Program-made: the position numbers and the translations under genes
Source of the DNA: a virus
Taxonomy: Duplodnaviria > Caudoviricetes
Length of the DNA: 32,358 bases
Virus record (IMG/VR): IMGVR_UViG_3300042431_000063
Coordinates: 1-32,358 of that record
Reading direction: 5' to 3' (one strand)
Shown: positions 16,460 through 24,822 of the stretch, piece after piece
Layout of the letters: each line of letters starts with the position of its first letter
Position numbering within the stretch: the stretch's first letter is position 1
The notes under the pieces: model-generated
The model's database searches: none
Told to the model about the DNA's origin: nothing
What the model saw: the letters and a program-made list of their open reading frames with translations, nothing else

Positions 16460-18219
16460 TCGCCAAGGCTCCTTTTAAGAATCTCGCCAACGGGCAGAGG
16501 ACCAGCTTGGCGTGCAGTTCCGGTCTTGGCGTCGCGAATTTGCCTCATCAGATCGTACAGACGCCGGGCGCCTGCGTTAGAAGAACCGTCCCCAAGCATG
16601 GAGACTACGTCGGCGGGGATGACGAACTCGCCATCCGAAAGAGCCGCAGCCCGCCGCCCATTGATGGACGTTGGGATCAGGTCGTCGAGGCCGCCGCCGG
16701 GACCAATGGCAATCTTGCCGCCGCCTGCCAGCGGAACAAGGCCCCCGTTAGCAAAGGCTTCAGGCATTTGACCGCCCATCATGTTTATAGCATAGTCATC
16801 GGCAAAATTAAAGTCATTGCCGAGAACAGCGAGGCCGCCTTCAGCGTACTTCACGACGCCGCCCCTGCGATAACCGCCATCACCGCCGCCTCCACCATCT
16901 CCGCCACCACCGCCGTCACCACCCCCACCATCTCCGCCGCCGCCATCACCGCCACCATCTCCACCACCATCGCCCCCTCCGTCACCGCCGTCGCCACCGC
17001 CAGCATCACCGCCGCCAGCATCACCGCCCTCGCCAGCATTACCACCAGCATCGCCAGCATCACCGGCATCGCCAGCATCGCCGGGAGCATCGCCGCTATC
17101 CACCCCGCCTGGCTGGGAATCTGCGTCGGCGTTGGCGGCAGCGGCATTGGCGTCGGCTTGGGCAGCAGCATTGGCAGCATCATTGGCGTCGGCGATACCA
17201 CCGAAGTCAGCGTCACCCCAGCCTTCGCCTAGGCCATCGGGAGCGCCAAAAGCTCCGCCCGGTGTGCCCGGCGCGCCAGGGCCGACTTCGCCGAATACAC
17301 CCTGCCCCACTGCTTGGGCGTCGGGTTCGGTGGCAGCAGCCAAAGCTTCAGCGGCAGCTTGTGCTTGGGCCGCAGCAGTAGCAGCAGACACCGCACCGGG
17401 CCCGACATCATCCGCGACGGCGGCGGGCGAAACAGTGGCAAGCCCCTGAGTTGGACTTGTAACTGTGGCTACCTGAGTAGGCGCGACCTCGTCGAAAGTA
17501 AGATTGTCGATATCAATCTGCTGGGCAACCGTTCGCGCATCCTCAAGTTCCTGTGCAGTAAGCGGGGTATTTTCTAGCGCGTTGAGCATGTCTTGGACGG
17601 CACGGTCGTGAATTTGCGCGTGTGCCCTAGCCGGTTCTCTTGCCGCTTCAGCCGCACTCATGCTGCGAGCGGCGGCAATAAGGGCACCAACGAGGCCACC
17701 GGCTGGCCCGCCAACAAGACTGCCGAGGGAAAAGCCGCGCCCCAGATCTGAAAGGCTAATGTCGCCCAGGCGACCTAAATCAAGACCGCCGAGGTTGCCG
17801 AGGTTGCCGGGATTGGGGCCAAGGTCTATGCTGCCGGCCATCTCGCCGCCCATGTTGACGCCGCCAGTTCCTAGGCCGCCATCACCACTCCCGCCGCCGC
17901 TACCGTCACCACCGCCAAGGCCACCGCCGTCCGTGCCAGTACCGCCGAGGTTGGGCAGAGCGCCTTCGCGGTAGGAGAAGAAGGAAGGGATGCCGCCCGT
18001 CATAGCAGCGGTGAAAGGATCGAAAGAGCCGGGCGCAGGCGGCGTATAGGAGCGGAACACATTACCGCTTGAGGGCAACGCAGCAGGGAGGGCGTTGAGG
18101 GCCGGCGCGAAAGCCATAGTCCGCACGATGCCGTCTTCAGGCGCACCAATCCCCACAGCAGGAACGTCGGTTTCTGCGGAGAACGGCGCAAAAGAAGGGG
18201 CAAAAAGGGTGTCGGACAT
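16456..18219 (-). CDS. acidic Gly/Asp/Ala-rich putative virion protein with a conserved C-terminal GPG...D.IP...LSDGEFV domain (587 aa)
   Basis: Low-complexity body, glycine-zipper segment, YRRGG/YAEGG/FANGG/LAGGG motifs, then GPGGGLDDLIPTSINGRRAAALSDGEFVIPADVV. Confidence 0.7.
   Translation of the reverse strand: MSDTLFAPSFAPFSAETDVPAVGIGAPEDGIVRTMAFAPALNALPAALPSSGNVFRSYTPPAPGSFDPFTAAMTGGIPSFFSYREGALPNLGGTGTDGGGLGGGDGSGGGSGDGGLGTGGVNMGGEMAGSIDLGPNPGNLGNLGGLDLGRLGDISLSDLGRGFSLGSLVGGPAGGLVGALIAAARSMSAAEAAREPARAHAQIHDRAVQDMLNALENTPLTAQELEDARTVAQQIDIDNLTFDEVAPTQVATVTSPTQGLATVSPAAVADDVGPGAVSAATAAAQAQAAAEALAAATEPDAQAVGQGVFGEVGPGAPGTPGGAFGAPDGLGEGWGDADFGGIADANDAANAAAQADANAAAANADADSQPGGVDSGDAPGDAGDAGDAGDAGGNAGEGGDAGGGDAGGGDGGDGGGDGGGDGGGDGGGGDGGGGDGGGGGDGGGGGDGGYRRGGVVKYAEGGLAVLGNDFNFADDYAINMMGGQMPEAFANGGLVPLAGGGKIAIGPGGGLDDLIPTSINGRRAAALSDGEFVIPADVVSMLGDGSSNAGARRLYDLMRQIRDAKTGTARQAGPLPVGEILKRSLGE
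16873..17100 (-). repeat. Gly-Asp coding repeat (GDA and GGGD units)
   Basis: Plus strand shows runs of ccgcca/tcaccg/gcatc; protein reads GDAPGDAGDAGDAGDAGG...GGDGGGDGGGDGGGGDGGGGD. Confidence 0.85.
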
Positions 18220-18238
18220 GATGGGCCTTCTGATGCTT

Positions 18239-18271
18239 ATTATACCACGTTAGGTTTGGAAAATAAACCTA
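18239..18271 (-). promoter_or_regulatory. extended -10 promoter with an inverted repeat over its -35 region
   Basis: Minus strand TGG-TATAAT (TATAAT at 18244-18239), weak -35 TTTATT 17 nt upstream; inverted repeat TAGGTTT-N7-AAACCTA at 18251-18271; AT-rich gap ahead of the ejection-gene block. Confidence 0.65.
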
Positions 18272-18541
18272 GCGGACGTCGACGAAGTTGCTGGACTGGA
18301 GGGCGAGCAGGAGTTTGCCGACGACGTTGGTAAGGGCGGTGACCGACGGATTTAGCATATCGACGGTGATGGGGGCGCTGACGGTGCCCTGCACAATGAA
18401 CTGGGGACGGGTGCGCCGACCGGGGTCGAAGAGGTCGCTCTGTTCGAGTACTGTAATGAGCCGATTCCATGCGTCGCGGGAGGCAGGGTCCCAAGCGTCA
18501 GGCGGCGTAGGAAAGGTGCGGGAGGAGATGCGGCGGGTCAT
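18269..18541 (-). CDS. small virion-associated hypothetical protein (90 aa)
   Basis: ATGA overlap with the tail hub stop at 18538-18541; FPTPPDAWD followed by an amphipathic helix. Confidence 0.65.
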   Translation of the reverse strand: MTRRISSRTFPTPPDAWDPASRDAWNRLITVLEQSDLFDPGRRTRPQFIVQGTVSAPITVDMLNPSVTALTNVVGKLLLALQSSNFVDVR

Positions 18542-20394
18542 CGCAGACCGTCCGGTTCGATTGCCATACGGAACTGACCCATCCGCCACGGCACGTTGGA
18601 GGAAGTCGAGGACTGGATTTGGATGGCCAGTTCGCGGCCCCGTAGACGGGTGGAGATTTTCTGGGTGTTACCGGTGACGGGGAAGGGACCCTTGGTGATA
18701 ACCGGGCCACCCGGATATTTACGGGCTTGGAGCGAGATGTTGAGGGTGCCGACGTAGGGCGTATTATCGGACAGGTTGGAGAAGTCGGGCACGAACTTGT
18801 TGACGAACACAATGCTGTTGCCGTCCTGCTGATCGAAGTACGCGCCTTCGAGATTGGCGGCGAGGACGGAGCTATCGGCAGTGTAGCCAGATTCCTGATA
18901 ATAAATGTTGGAGGGCTTGTCGTCAATGGCAAGGGGGCGCGAAAACGTATTGCTATCTTCCCAGACCGTGCGGGGCATGGTGCCAATGGACCAGTGCTTC
19001 TCGCGCGTGTTATATATGACGTAGCGGTCGTTCTCGCCATTGGGCGATTCGAGAGAAGGATAGAACCACATGATTTCGTCGAAGGTCGAGTTCGAACCTG
19101 CATAGATCTTTTCAAGTTGGAACTGGTTTAAATTGTCATAGATGTAACGGAGGACAGTGCAGCCCAAAGTTTGGAGGCGACCATCATACTGATAGAACTG
19201 ACCGTTGACTGCCATCCAATAAAGTGTGCCGTTGTATTCGATGGCTGCGTTACGGGCAATGATGCCACACTGTTCACCGACAGCGGTGAAGCCAAAGACG
19301 TCGTTGCCGCCGATGTAGGACTGGATGAACAGGTCGTTGTCGGTCAGGATGGCAGTCTTGTCGCCAATGCGGTTGACGGCCCTAATCTCGGAGCCACGGC
19401 TCGGCAGCGGGTAGTCACCTGCGGTGTTGATGTTGGAAGGCGTCCAGTCGGTGAAGTCTTCTTGGGAACACCAACGGACTAGGAGCGGACTGTAAACGCC
19501 GGAAATGTCGTGGGTGCCGTAGAGGAGGACATGCCTAGCTTCCGAGGCGACGCGCACAATCTGGTTGACGGAAGGGGCTGCCGTGACGATAGTGGCGCGA
19601 CTGACAATTCCGGCGCTGGTATCCCAGTACATGAGCGGGCCGCCAGAAGGAACGGCCATGATATCGGTGCCCCACAGATCGAGCGACCATTGGCGAAGGG
19701 GAAAAGGCACTGGCGAAGCGGGCGCGCCCCAGCCAAAGTTGCCGCTCCAAACGCCGATGCCCCAGCCCGAAACAAATTCGGTGGAGATGTTACCGGCTGG
19801 ATAGGAGAAGCCGATGGTGATGGCACCGCCCGTAGCTACAGATGTGGCCACGGCAGTCAGACTGACATTGAATGCGAAGGCATTGGAGGTAATGACGCTG
19901 ACCGGGAAGGTGGCCGTCGTCGAAGAGATCGCGTTGATGACGATGTTGCCGCCGATGGTAGCGGCAGCGGATACGATCTCGACGAGGCTGCCCGTCGTGA
20001 GGCCGTGGTTGGAGACGGAAACGACGATCTTCGTCGAGCCCGCTTCAGTGGACAGCAGATTGCTGGAGGCGAGGGTGGAGGTGATGGGCGTGATGTTATA
20101 GAAGGTAGAAAGTTCGCTGGAGAATAGGCCCACATTAGTAGCGATGACGGCGGCAGGCTGGCCTCCCCGACTACGAACCGAAGTTAGGTAGCGCGGCACG
20201 CCGAAGATTTTGCTATCTTGGGAAGGGTCGATGACACGCTGCCAACCGCCCATGAGTTCGGGGCGTCCGAAGCGGAAGCGGATTTTGTCGGCCTCAGTCC
20301 AAAAGCCGCTCGCATCAAGCTGAGTCCTCTCTTTGACGACTCCGACCTGAAAGGCAAGTTCCCTGAGTTCTTGGTCCTGAAAAGTGACCGACAT
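18538..20394 (-). CDS. tail hub / nozzle protein (P22 gp10-like packaged-DNA stabilisation protein)
   Basis: 618 aa, beta-rich; KIRFRFGRPELMGGW, VRWCSQEDFTDWTP, EIMWFYPS, DRYVIYN; located after the adaptor genes. Confidence 0.7.
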   Translation of the reverse strand: MSVTFQDQELRELAFQVGVVKERTQLDASGFWTEADKIRFRFGRPELMGGWQRVIDPSQDSKIFGVPRYLTSVRSRGGQPAAVIATNVGLFSSELSTFYNITPITSTLASSNLLSTEAGSTKIVVSVSNHGLTTGSLVEIVSAAATIGGNIVINAISSTTATFPVSVITSNAFAFNVSLTAVATSVATGGAITIGFSYPAGNISTEFVSGWGIGVWSGNFGWGAPASPVPFPLRQWSLDLWGTDIMAVPSGGPLMYWDTSAGIVSRATIVTAAPSVNQIVRVASEARHVLLYGTHDISGVYSPLLVRWCSQEDFTDWTPSNINTAGDYPLPSRGSEIRAVNRIGDKTAILTDNDLFIQSYIGGNDVFGFTAVGEQCGIIARNAAIEYNGTLYWMAVNGQFYQYDGRLQTLGCTVLRYIYDNLNQFQLEKIYAGSNSTFDEIMWFYPSLESPNGENDRYVIYNTREKHWSIGTMPRTVWEDSNTFSRPLAIDDKPSNIYYQESGYTADSSVLAANLEGAYFDQQDGNSIVFVNKFVPDFSNLSDNTPYVGTLNISLQARKYPGGPVITKGPFPVTGNTQKISTRLRGRELAIQIQSSTSSNVPWRMGQFRMAIEPDGLR

Positions 20395-20398
20395 CTAA

Positions 20399-20893
20399 TT
20401 ACTCAAGGACCCGGATCGATGCCGCGTTGATGGTCGAAACGGCAGCCGATACCTGATTGACTTGGACCTGTAGGGCTGAGACTGACGAAGCAAGGGCACC
20501 CACCAAATTGACGCAGGTGGCGGAAGTGCAGACAACAAGGTCAGGGCCGGAAGACGAAAGGGCGGCACCCGTGCCAGTGTTCTTGACGGTAATGTTGAAG
20601 GCGCCGCTAGTATTACGCAGGGTAACATAATTCTTGGGTGAAGCTGGCACAATTACGTTGACGTGACCGGTCAGTGTGCCCTCAAGGATTAGGATGGCAC
20701 AGCGGGCTTGGTCGGCCGCCGCGTTCGATGTGGTAAGGGTAGTGTCGCCAGACGAGACGCTGACAACAGCCGAACCTGCGACCGCAGCCGCGATCAGGTC
20801 GAGGTTGTTGTTCGTCTTGATGCCCCAAGTGGTGGCGTTTTCGCCGGTCGCTTGGAGTTCTAGCCGAAGGAGGGGATCATAAGTCGAGGGCAT
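20399..20893 (-). CDS. short tail-fibre-like protein (virion-anchoring N-terminal domain)
   Basis: MPSTY..LRLELQATGENATTWGIKTNNNLDLI resembles fibre N-termini of similar phages (recalled); beta-rich core, short C-terminal coiled coil. Confidence 0.55.
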   Translation of the reverse strand: MPSTYDPLLRLELQATGENATTWGIKTNNNLDLIAAAVAGSAVVSVSSGDTTLTTSNAAADQARCAILILEGTLTGHVNVIVPASPKNYVTLRNTSGAFNITVKNTGTGAALSSSGPDLVVCTSATCVNLVGALASSVSALQVQVNQVSAAVSTINAASIRVLE

Positions 20894-21153
20894 TACTTGC
20901 GCTCCTCAAGGATTCGTGTTACTTTGTCGTCGATTCTATTTAACACAGTTGTCAGCTTATTTTCAAGGTCGGAGACAACCTCTCGCGTGGCGAAGTCCTT
21001 GTTGACTTGGGCAACGTGATTGTGGTGAAGCTCTTGCAGGTGTTCGGCTTTTTTATGCACGACGGAAAGCTCCCGTTGCAGATAGGCACCGTAAGCCAGC
21101 AAGAGCGGCCACAGGAAGGTCGAGACGAAATCGAAGAGAAGCTTGACGTCCAT
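20893..21153 (-). CDS. small protein with an N-terminal transmembrane segment and coiled coil
   Basis: LLFDFVSTFLWPLLLAYGAYL then LNRIDDKV heptads; TAAGGA RBS. Confidence 0.7.
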   Translation of the reverse strand: MDVKLLFDFVSTFLWPLLLAYGAYLQRELSVVHKKAEHLQELHHNHVAQVNKDFATREVVSDLENKLTTVLNRIDDKVTRILEERK

Positions 21154-21163
21154 GTGAGGGTCC

Positions 21164-21475
21164 TTAAGCTGGACTGCTCATTGAAGGATTCCAGACCACC
21201 GGAGTGACTAGGATGTTCGAGCCGTCTTCGGTAAGCAGGTACTCGTTGTTTTCGAGCGCGAGATAGTTGTCGAGGTTTTGCAGGGCGCGCCCGTCGGGGA
21301 CCTTGCGAGACTCGTAGCGGGGGCGGGGCGGCCTGTTCTGCGGATGCTTCTTGAGGTCGTAGGCCCCATCGTAGCAGGCAGAGCAGACAACGAGGTTAGT
21401 GGATTCCTTGCGTAGCTGGCGGCGGTAATACTTCTGGCCGCACCTATCGCAGAGGGACCAAACATTGAGCGCCAT
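21164..21475 (-). CDS. CxxC...CxxC zinc-ribbon protein, paralog 2, with C-terminal extension
   Basis: CDRCG...VVCSACYD...HPQN; extra tail YLALENNEYLLTEDGSNILV. Confidence 0.75.
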   Translation of the reverse strand: MALNVWSLCDRCGQKYYRRQLRKESTNLVVCSACYDGAYDLKKHPQNRPPRPRYESRKVPDGRALQNLDNYLALENNEYLLTEDGSNILVTPVVWNPSMSSPA

Positions 21476-21477
21476 GA

Positions 21478-21696
21478 CTAGGAACCATAGTTGGTCTGGT
21501 CGGGCCGCGCGTCAGGAACTTGCTTGAGTTCGCGGCGGGGCTTGGCCGACTTGTTTTGGGGATGGCTCTTCTTGTCGTATAAGCCGTCGTAGCAGGAGTA
21601 GCAGACGACGAAGTTGGTAGTTTCCTTGCGGAGATCGCGGCGCTTGTAGTCGAAACCACAGCGGTCGCAGACCGACCACATGTCGAGGACGGACAT
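21478..21696 (-). CDS. CxxC...CxxC zinc-ribbon protein, paralog 1
   Basis: CDRCG...VVCYSCYD...HPQN...PDARPD; ATG overlaps the upstream TAA. Confidence 0.75.
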   Translation of the reverse strand: MSVLDMWSVCDRCGFDYKRRDLRKETTNFVVCYSCYDGLYDKKSHPQNKSAKPRRELKQVPDARPDQTNYGS

Positions 21697-22349
21697 TACG
21701 GCGTCCCCGCGATGGTATTCTCAGGAGAGCCGTTATAACGGTTGACGGTGTCGGAGCGGCGCGCCCGGTTGGACTCGTTGTTGAGGACTGCCAGTTCTTC
21801 GTCGAGGATGGTCTTCCAGACGGTGACGGCGCCCGCGTTCTTGGTCCAAGCATTCGAGTACAGCATGGCGGCGGCGAAGAAGGCCGTGTCCGTATAGGTC
21901 GCGAAATAGTTGGTGGGGTGCGCGGAACTCAGGGCAGTGACGCGCGGAATGTACTCGATGAGGGCCGTGGTGTTGGAGTGAGGCGTCGGCGCCAAGAAGA
22001 TGGTGGCGTTGTCCTTGGGCGCATAGTATTTGGTGGGCGCACAAGAGGTGTAGTCGGGCCAGTAGGCCGTGAGGTATTCGTTGTTCTGTTCGAGGAGGTT
22101 GTTCCAGCCGCCCGTCGCGCACACTTGAATGGACTTGAGGACAAGCAGGTTGTCGGGCAGGGTCAGGGTCCGGGTGGATGCGCTGACCGAGACCTCTGTG
22201 AAGGTGATGATGTTGACAGGGTCGAGGCGCCGTTGCAAGTGGGACTGGGCGCGCTCGATGATGGAGGGCAGCGCGGAGACGAACTCCTCGGAGTCCTCCT
22301 CCATGTTGGCAATGATGTCATTGGTGAGGGTCGTGTAGGTATATGGCAT
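21696..22349 (-). CDS. putative head-tail adaptor protein
   Basis: MxYTxL N-terminal helix pair, PTKYYA, FLAPTP, C-terminal helix; size and position fit podovirus adaptors. Confidence 0.65.
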   Translation of the reverse strand: MPYTYTTLTNDIIANMEEDSEEFVSALPSIIERAQSHLQRRLDPVNIITFTEVSVSASTRTLTLPDNLLVLKSIQVCATGGWNNLLEQNNEYLTAYWPDYTSCAPTKYYAPKDNATIFLAPTPHSNTTALIEYIPRVTALSSAHPTNYFATYTDTAFFAAAMLYSNAWTKNAGAVTVWKTILDEELAVLNNESNRARRSDTVNRYNGSPENTIAGTP

Positions 22350-23011
22350 TAGCGGCCAATCCTAATGAGGACCTTGCCCCGTTCGCGGTCTTCGCGCATG
22401 GCGTCCTTGACGGCCCGTTCGTATTCGGCGCGCAGCAGAGTGAGGCGGTTGGTGTCCACGCGGTTGCCACGGCGCATGCCGATCCAGTAGGCGAGGCCAT
22501 AGACGAGGGCGGGCATGAAGCGGCGTGGGACATCCACGTTGTCGAAGGCGCGCAGTGTGTTTTCGGCGTTCTTCTGGATGGTGAGGACAACGGTGTAAGT
22601 CTGGTCGGGGACCGGCCAGAAGTTCATCACGTTGGAGTCGCGGCGGCGATCCCACCAGTAGCGGGTCGGGCGGCCTGACTGGGACTTGGTAGGAATTTCT
22701 GCCCAACGCTCGAAGCCATCCCGCTCGATAATGATGTCAGTGCTGGAGGTGCGGATGCTGGCGACAAGAACGTCGGAGATGGTCTGATCGAACGTCAGAG
22801 AGGAGACGGAAACGGAGACGGGGACTGCCGTGGTTTCGATCTTGTGCAGGAGGACGTTCTTGTTCTGGAGGTCCGTCAGCAGGTAGTCGAGGCCGCGCCT
22901 CGCGCTGATAAGTTCGTCAGCGAGGACGGGACCGCCCCCAACCATCGCGGCAGCATCCTGCAAAAGATCATCGAACGTAGGGTCGAAGTTGGATATGCCG
23001 CTGGTTGCCAC
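22349..23011 (-). CDS. putative head-tail adaptor / tail tubular protein
   Basis: MATSG, IPTKSQSGRPTRYW, FWPVPD, DVPRRFMPALVYGLAYWI; GGAG RBS before GTG. Confidence 0.65.
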   Translation of the reverse strand: MATSGISNFDPTFDDLLQDAAAMVGGGPVLADELISARRGLDYLLTDLQNKNVLLHKIETTAVPVSVSVSSLTFDQTISDVLVASIRTSSTDIIIERDGFERWAEIPTKSQSGRPTRYWWDRRRDSNVMNFWPVPDQTYTVVLTIQKNAENTLRAFDNVDVPRRFMPALVYGLAYWIGMRRGNRVDTNRLTLLRAEYERAVKDAMREDRERGKVLIRIGR

Positions 23012-23026
23012 GGGCGTTACTCTCCG

Positions 23027-23341
23027 TTACACGACCCCGTAGATGGTGACGAGCGGGCCGCCCCCGGCGTAGGAGGTGCGGACAAACGGAACGTCGAGTT
23101 CGAAGGGCACGACAGCCTGGGTCACGGCGGCGGTCACTTCAGCGAAGGCGATCCACGGGCCGGTCGCGAAAGGCGCGGCTTCGAGGAAGACGGACGGGCC
23201 AGCGGCGGCACTCTTCTGGACGAAGAAGGTACGGGTCGGCGTGCCGTCGAAACGGTAGTCAAGGTCGATAGCGGGGCTCGTCGTCGTCGCCGAAGAGGAG
23301 ACTTGGAACGTGACGAGACGAATAGACTTGATGGCGGGCAT
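23027..23341 (-). CDS. small beta-rich virion protein (hypothetical)
   Basis: AGGAG RBS; beta-strand pattern; within the structural operon. Confidence 0.65.
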   Translation of the reverse strand: MPAIKSIRLVTFQVSSSATTTSPAIDLDYRFDGTPTRTFFVQKSAAAGPSVFLEAAPFATGPWIAFAEVTAAVTQAVVPFELDVPFVRTSYAGGGPLVTIYGVV

Positions 23342-23363
23342 CTGGGGCTCCTATAGCAAGGAA

Positions 23364-23391
23364 GGCAGGACCCGCCGAAGCAGACCCTGCC
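23364..23391 (-). terminator. hairpin with C(UUCG)G loop, probable intrinsic terminator or RNA stabiliser
   Basis: Minus strand GGCAGGGTCTGC-TTCG-GCGGGTCCTGCC (12 bp with G-U pairs) followed by TTCCTT. Confidence 0.7.
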
Positions 23392-23399
23392 GTACCTTG

Positions 23400-23843
23400 T
23401 TAGCCAATCACGACATGGACGATGACGGAACCAGCCGTAACCGCCGAAGTGTCGATGGACACGATAGCCTGCACCGTGGTATCCGCCGTCAGCGCAATGG
23501 CATTGGCAGAAACCTGGGCGCCCGTACCAGCGTAAGCGCGGCGACCGGCAGTGTTAGCAGTGGTCGCAGCGTACAGGATGCCCGTCGAGGTCGGAATACC
23601 CACGCGGATATTCGTCGTATCGTTGTTGAAGGGCGTCGTAATGTCGAGAACACACTCGTAGAAAGTGGAACCGGCGGGAGCAACGAACAGCGGGATGGTG
23701 GTGGCGGCAGCCGCCGTGCCAGTCTTCGCCGTGTTCACCACAACCGAGTAACGGCCCGGAACGCGCGCTTCCACAAGGTTGACGGGCTCGGGACCCGGTG
23801 GCTCATGGTTGCGGACGTTGAGTGGGAAGCTAAAGCTAGTCAT
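23400..23843 (-). CDS. putative capsid-associated / decoration protein (147 aa)
   Basis: AAGGAG RBS; directly after the MCP; Thr/Ala/Val-rich beta protein. Confidence 0.6.
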   Translation of the reverse strand: MTSFSFPLNVRNHEPPGPEPVNLVEARVPGRYSVVVNTAKTGTAAAATTIPLFVAPAGSTFYECVLDITTPFNNDTTNIRVGIPTSTGILYAATTANTAGRRAYAGTGAQVSANAIALTADTTVQAIVSIDTSAVTAGSVIVHVVIG

Positions 23844-23866
23844 CTGATTCTCCTTTGGAATGGAGG

Positions 23867-23885
23867 AAAGGGGGCTTTCGCCCCC
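23867..23885 (-). terminator. intrinsic terminator after the major capsid gene
   Basis: Minus strand GGGGGC-GAAA-GCCCCC then TTTCCT, 6 nt after the MCP stop; short U-tract suggests partial read-through. Confidence 0.75.
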
Positions 23886-23891
23886 AATCCG

Positions 23892-24806
23892 TTAGGTGGA
23901 ACCAGACGAACCGAACCACTGACGCCAGTCGGACCAGCCGAAGCTATAACGCTCGCGGGCCTTGTAGCGCATGTTGCCGGTCAGGAAGTCCACATCGTCC
24001 TTCGTAGCCAGCGGCGCGCGGACGAACATCTTGGTGCCGTTCGGAACGTCCGTCCGAATGAACCAAGCGTTCGGGTCCGTGAACCGGTGGTTGACGGTGT
24101 AGCCCTTCGAGAACAGGCCCATGTCCTTCATAGCGTTCGTGTCGTTGTCAGCCGTCCCGACGCGGAGGTCCGAGAACAGGATGCGGTGAGCAACGAACTG
24201 AAGCTGCGGAGGAATGTGCAGGCTCACGGCGCGAGCGCCGATCAGCAGGCCACGGTCGTCCTTGGTCAGCGAGATGTTAATCAGCGCCGCTTCAAGGGCC
24301 GTTTCCGACAGGTCGGTGCTGACCCGGTTGGACTGGTTGCCCGCCGCGAGGGTCGGGTGGTCCGTCGCAAACAGCGGCTTGCCGTCACCACCCGCGTACA
24401 GCGAGCTAGAGGAGAAGCCGTTGTTGTAGACGTTAGCCGCCTTGACCTGCTTGGCGTTCGCCATCGCACGGCCCATCGCGTTCGCCTTCATCTTACCCGT
24501 GGTGCCATAGAGGTTGTCCTCGATAGCTTCCTCGGTGATTGCGAACGCCATCGCAACGGTCTCGTGGGTGTAGCGGCTGGTCCAGGCTTCCGACGCGGTG
24601 TCGAAGAACACCTGATCGCCTTCCGACTTGACCGGGGCCGTACCAAAGCCCGTCATCAGCACTTCTTCTTCGAACGAGCGATCCGACTTCTCCACATCGA
24701 AGAGAGGCGTATGCTCGTTGTCAATGCTCTTGTAAGCAGTGCCGAAGATAGCGTTGAGGCCGGGGACAAGCTGCTTCGCGAATTGGGCGCGAGTCAAAAT
24801 AGCCAT
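23892..24806 (-). CDS. major capsid protein (HK97 fold)
   Basis: AKQLVPGLNAIFG, SDRSFEEEV, RYTHETVAMAFAITEEAIEDNLY, GGDGKPLF, TGNMRYKARERYSFGWSDWR; followed by a terminator. Confidence 0.9.
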   Translation of the reverse strand: MAILTRAQFAKQLVPGLNAIFGTAYKSIDNEHTPLFDVEKSDRSFEEEVLMTGFGTAPVKSEGDQVFFDTASEAWTSRYTHETVAMAFAITEEAIEDNLYGTTGKMKANAMGRAMANAKQVKAANVYNNGFSSSSLYAGGDGKPLFATDHPTLAAGNQSNRVSTDLSETALEAALINISLTKDDRGLLIGARAVSLHIPPQLQFVAHRILFSDLRVGTADNDTNAMKDMGLFSKGYTVNHRFTDPNAWFIRTDVPNGTKMFVRAPLATKDDVDFLTGNMRYKARERYSFGWSDWRQWFGSSGST

Positions 24807-24822
24807 TTTCTATGTCCCCCTA

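Noticed and set aside
16990-17100. Collagen-like G-X-Y repeat
   Set aside because: Only about four consecutive GDA triplets before the register breaks into GGGD
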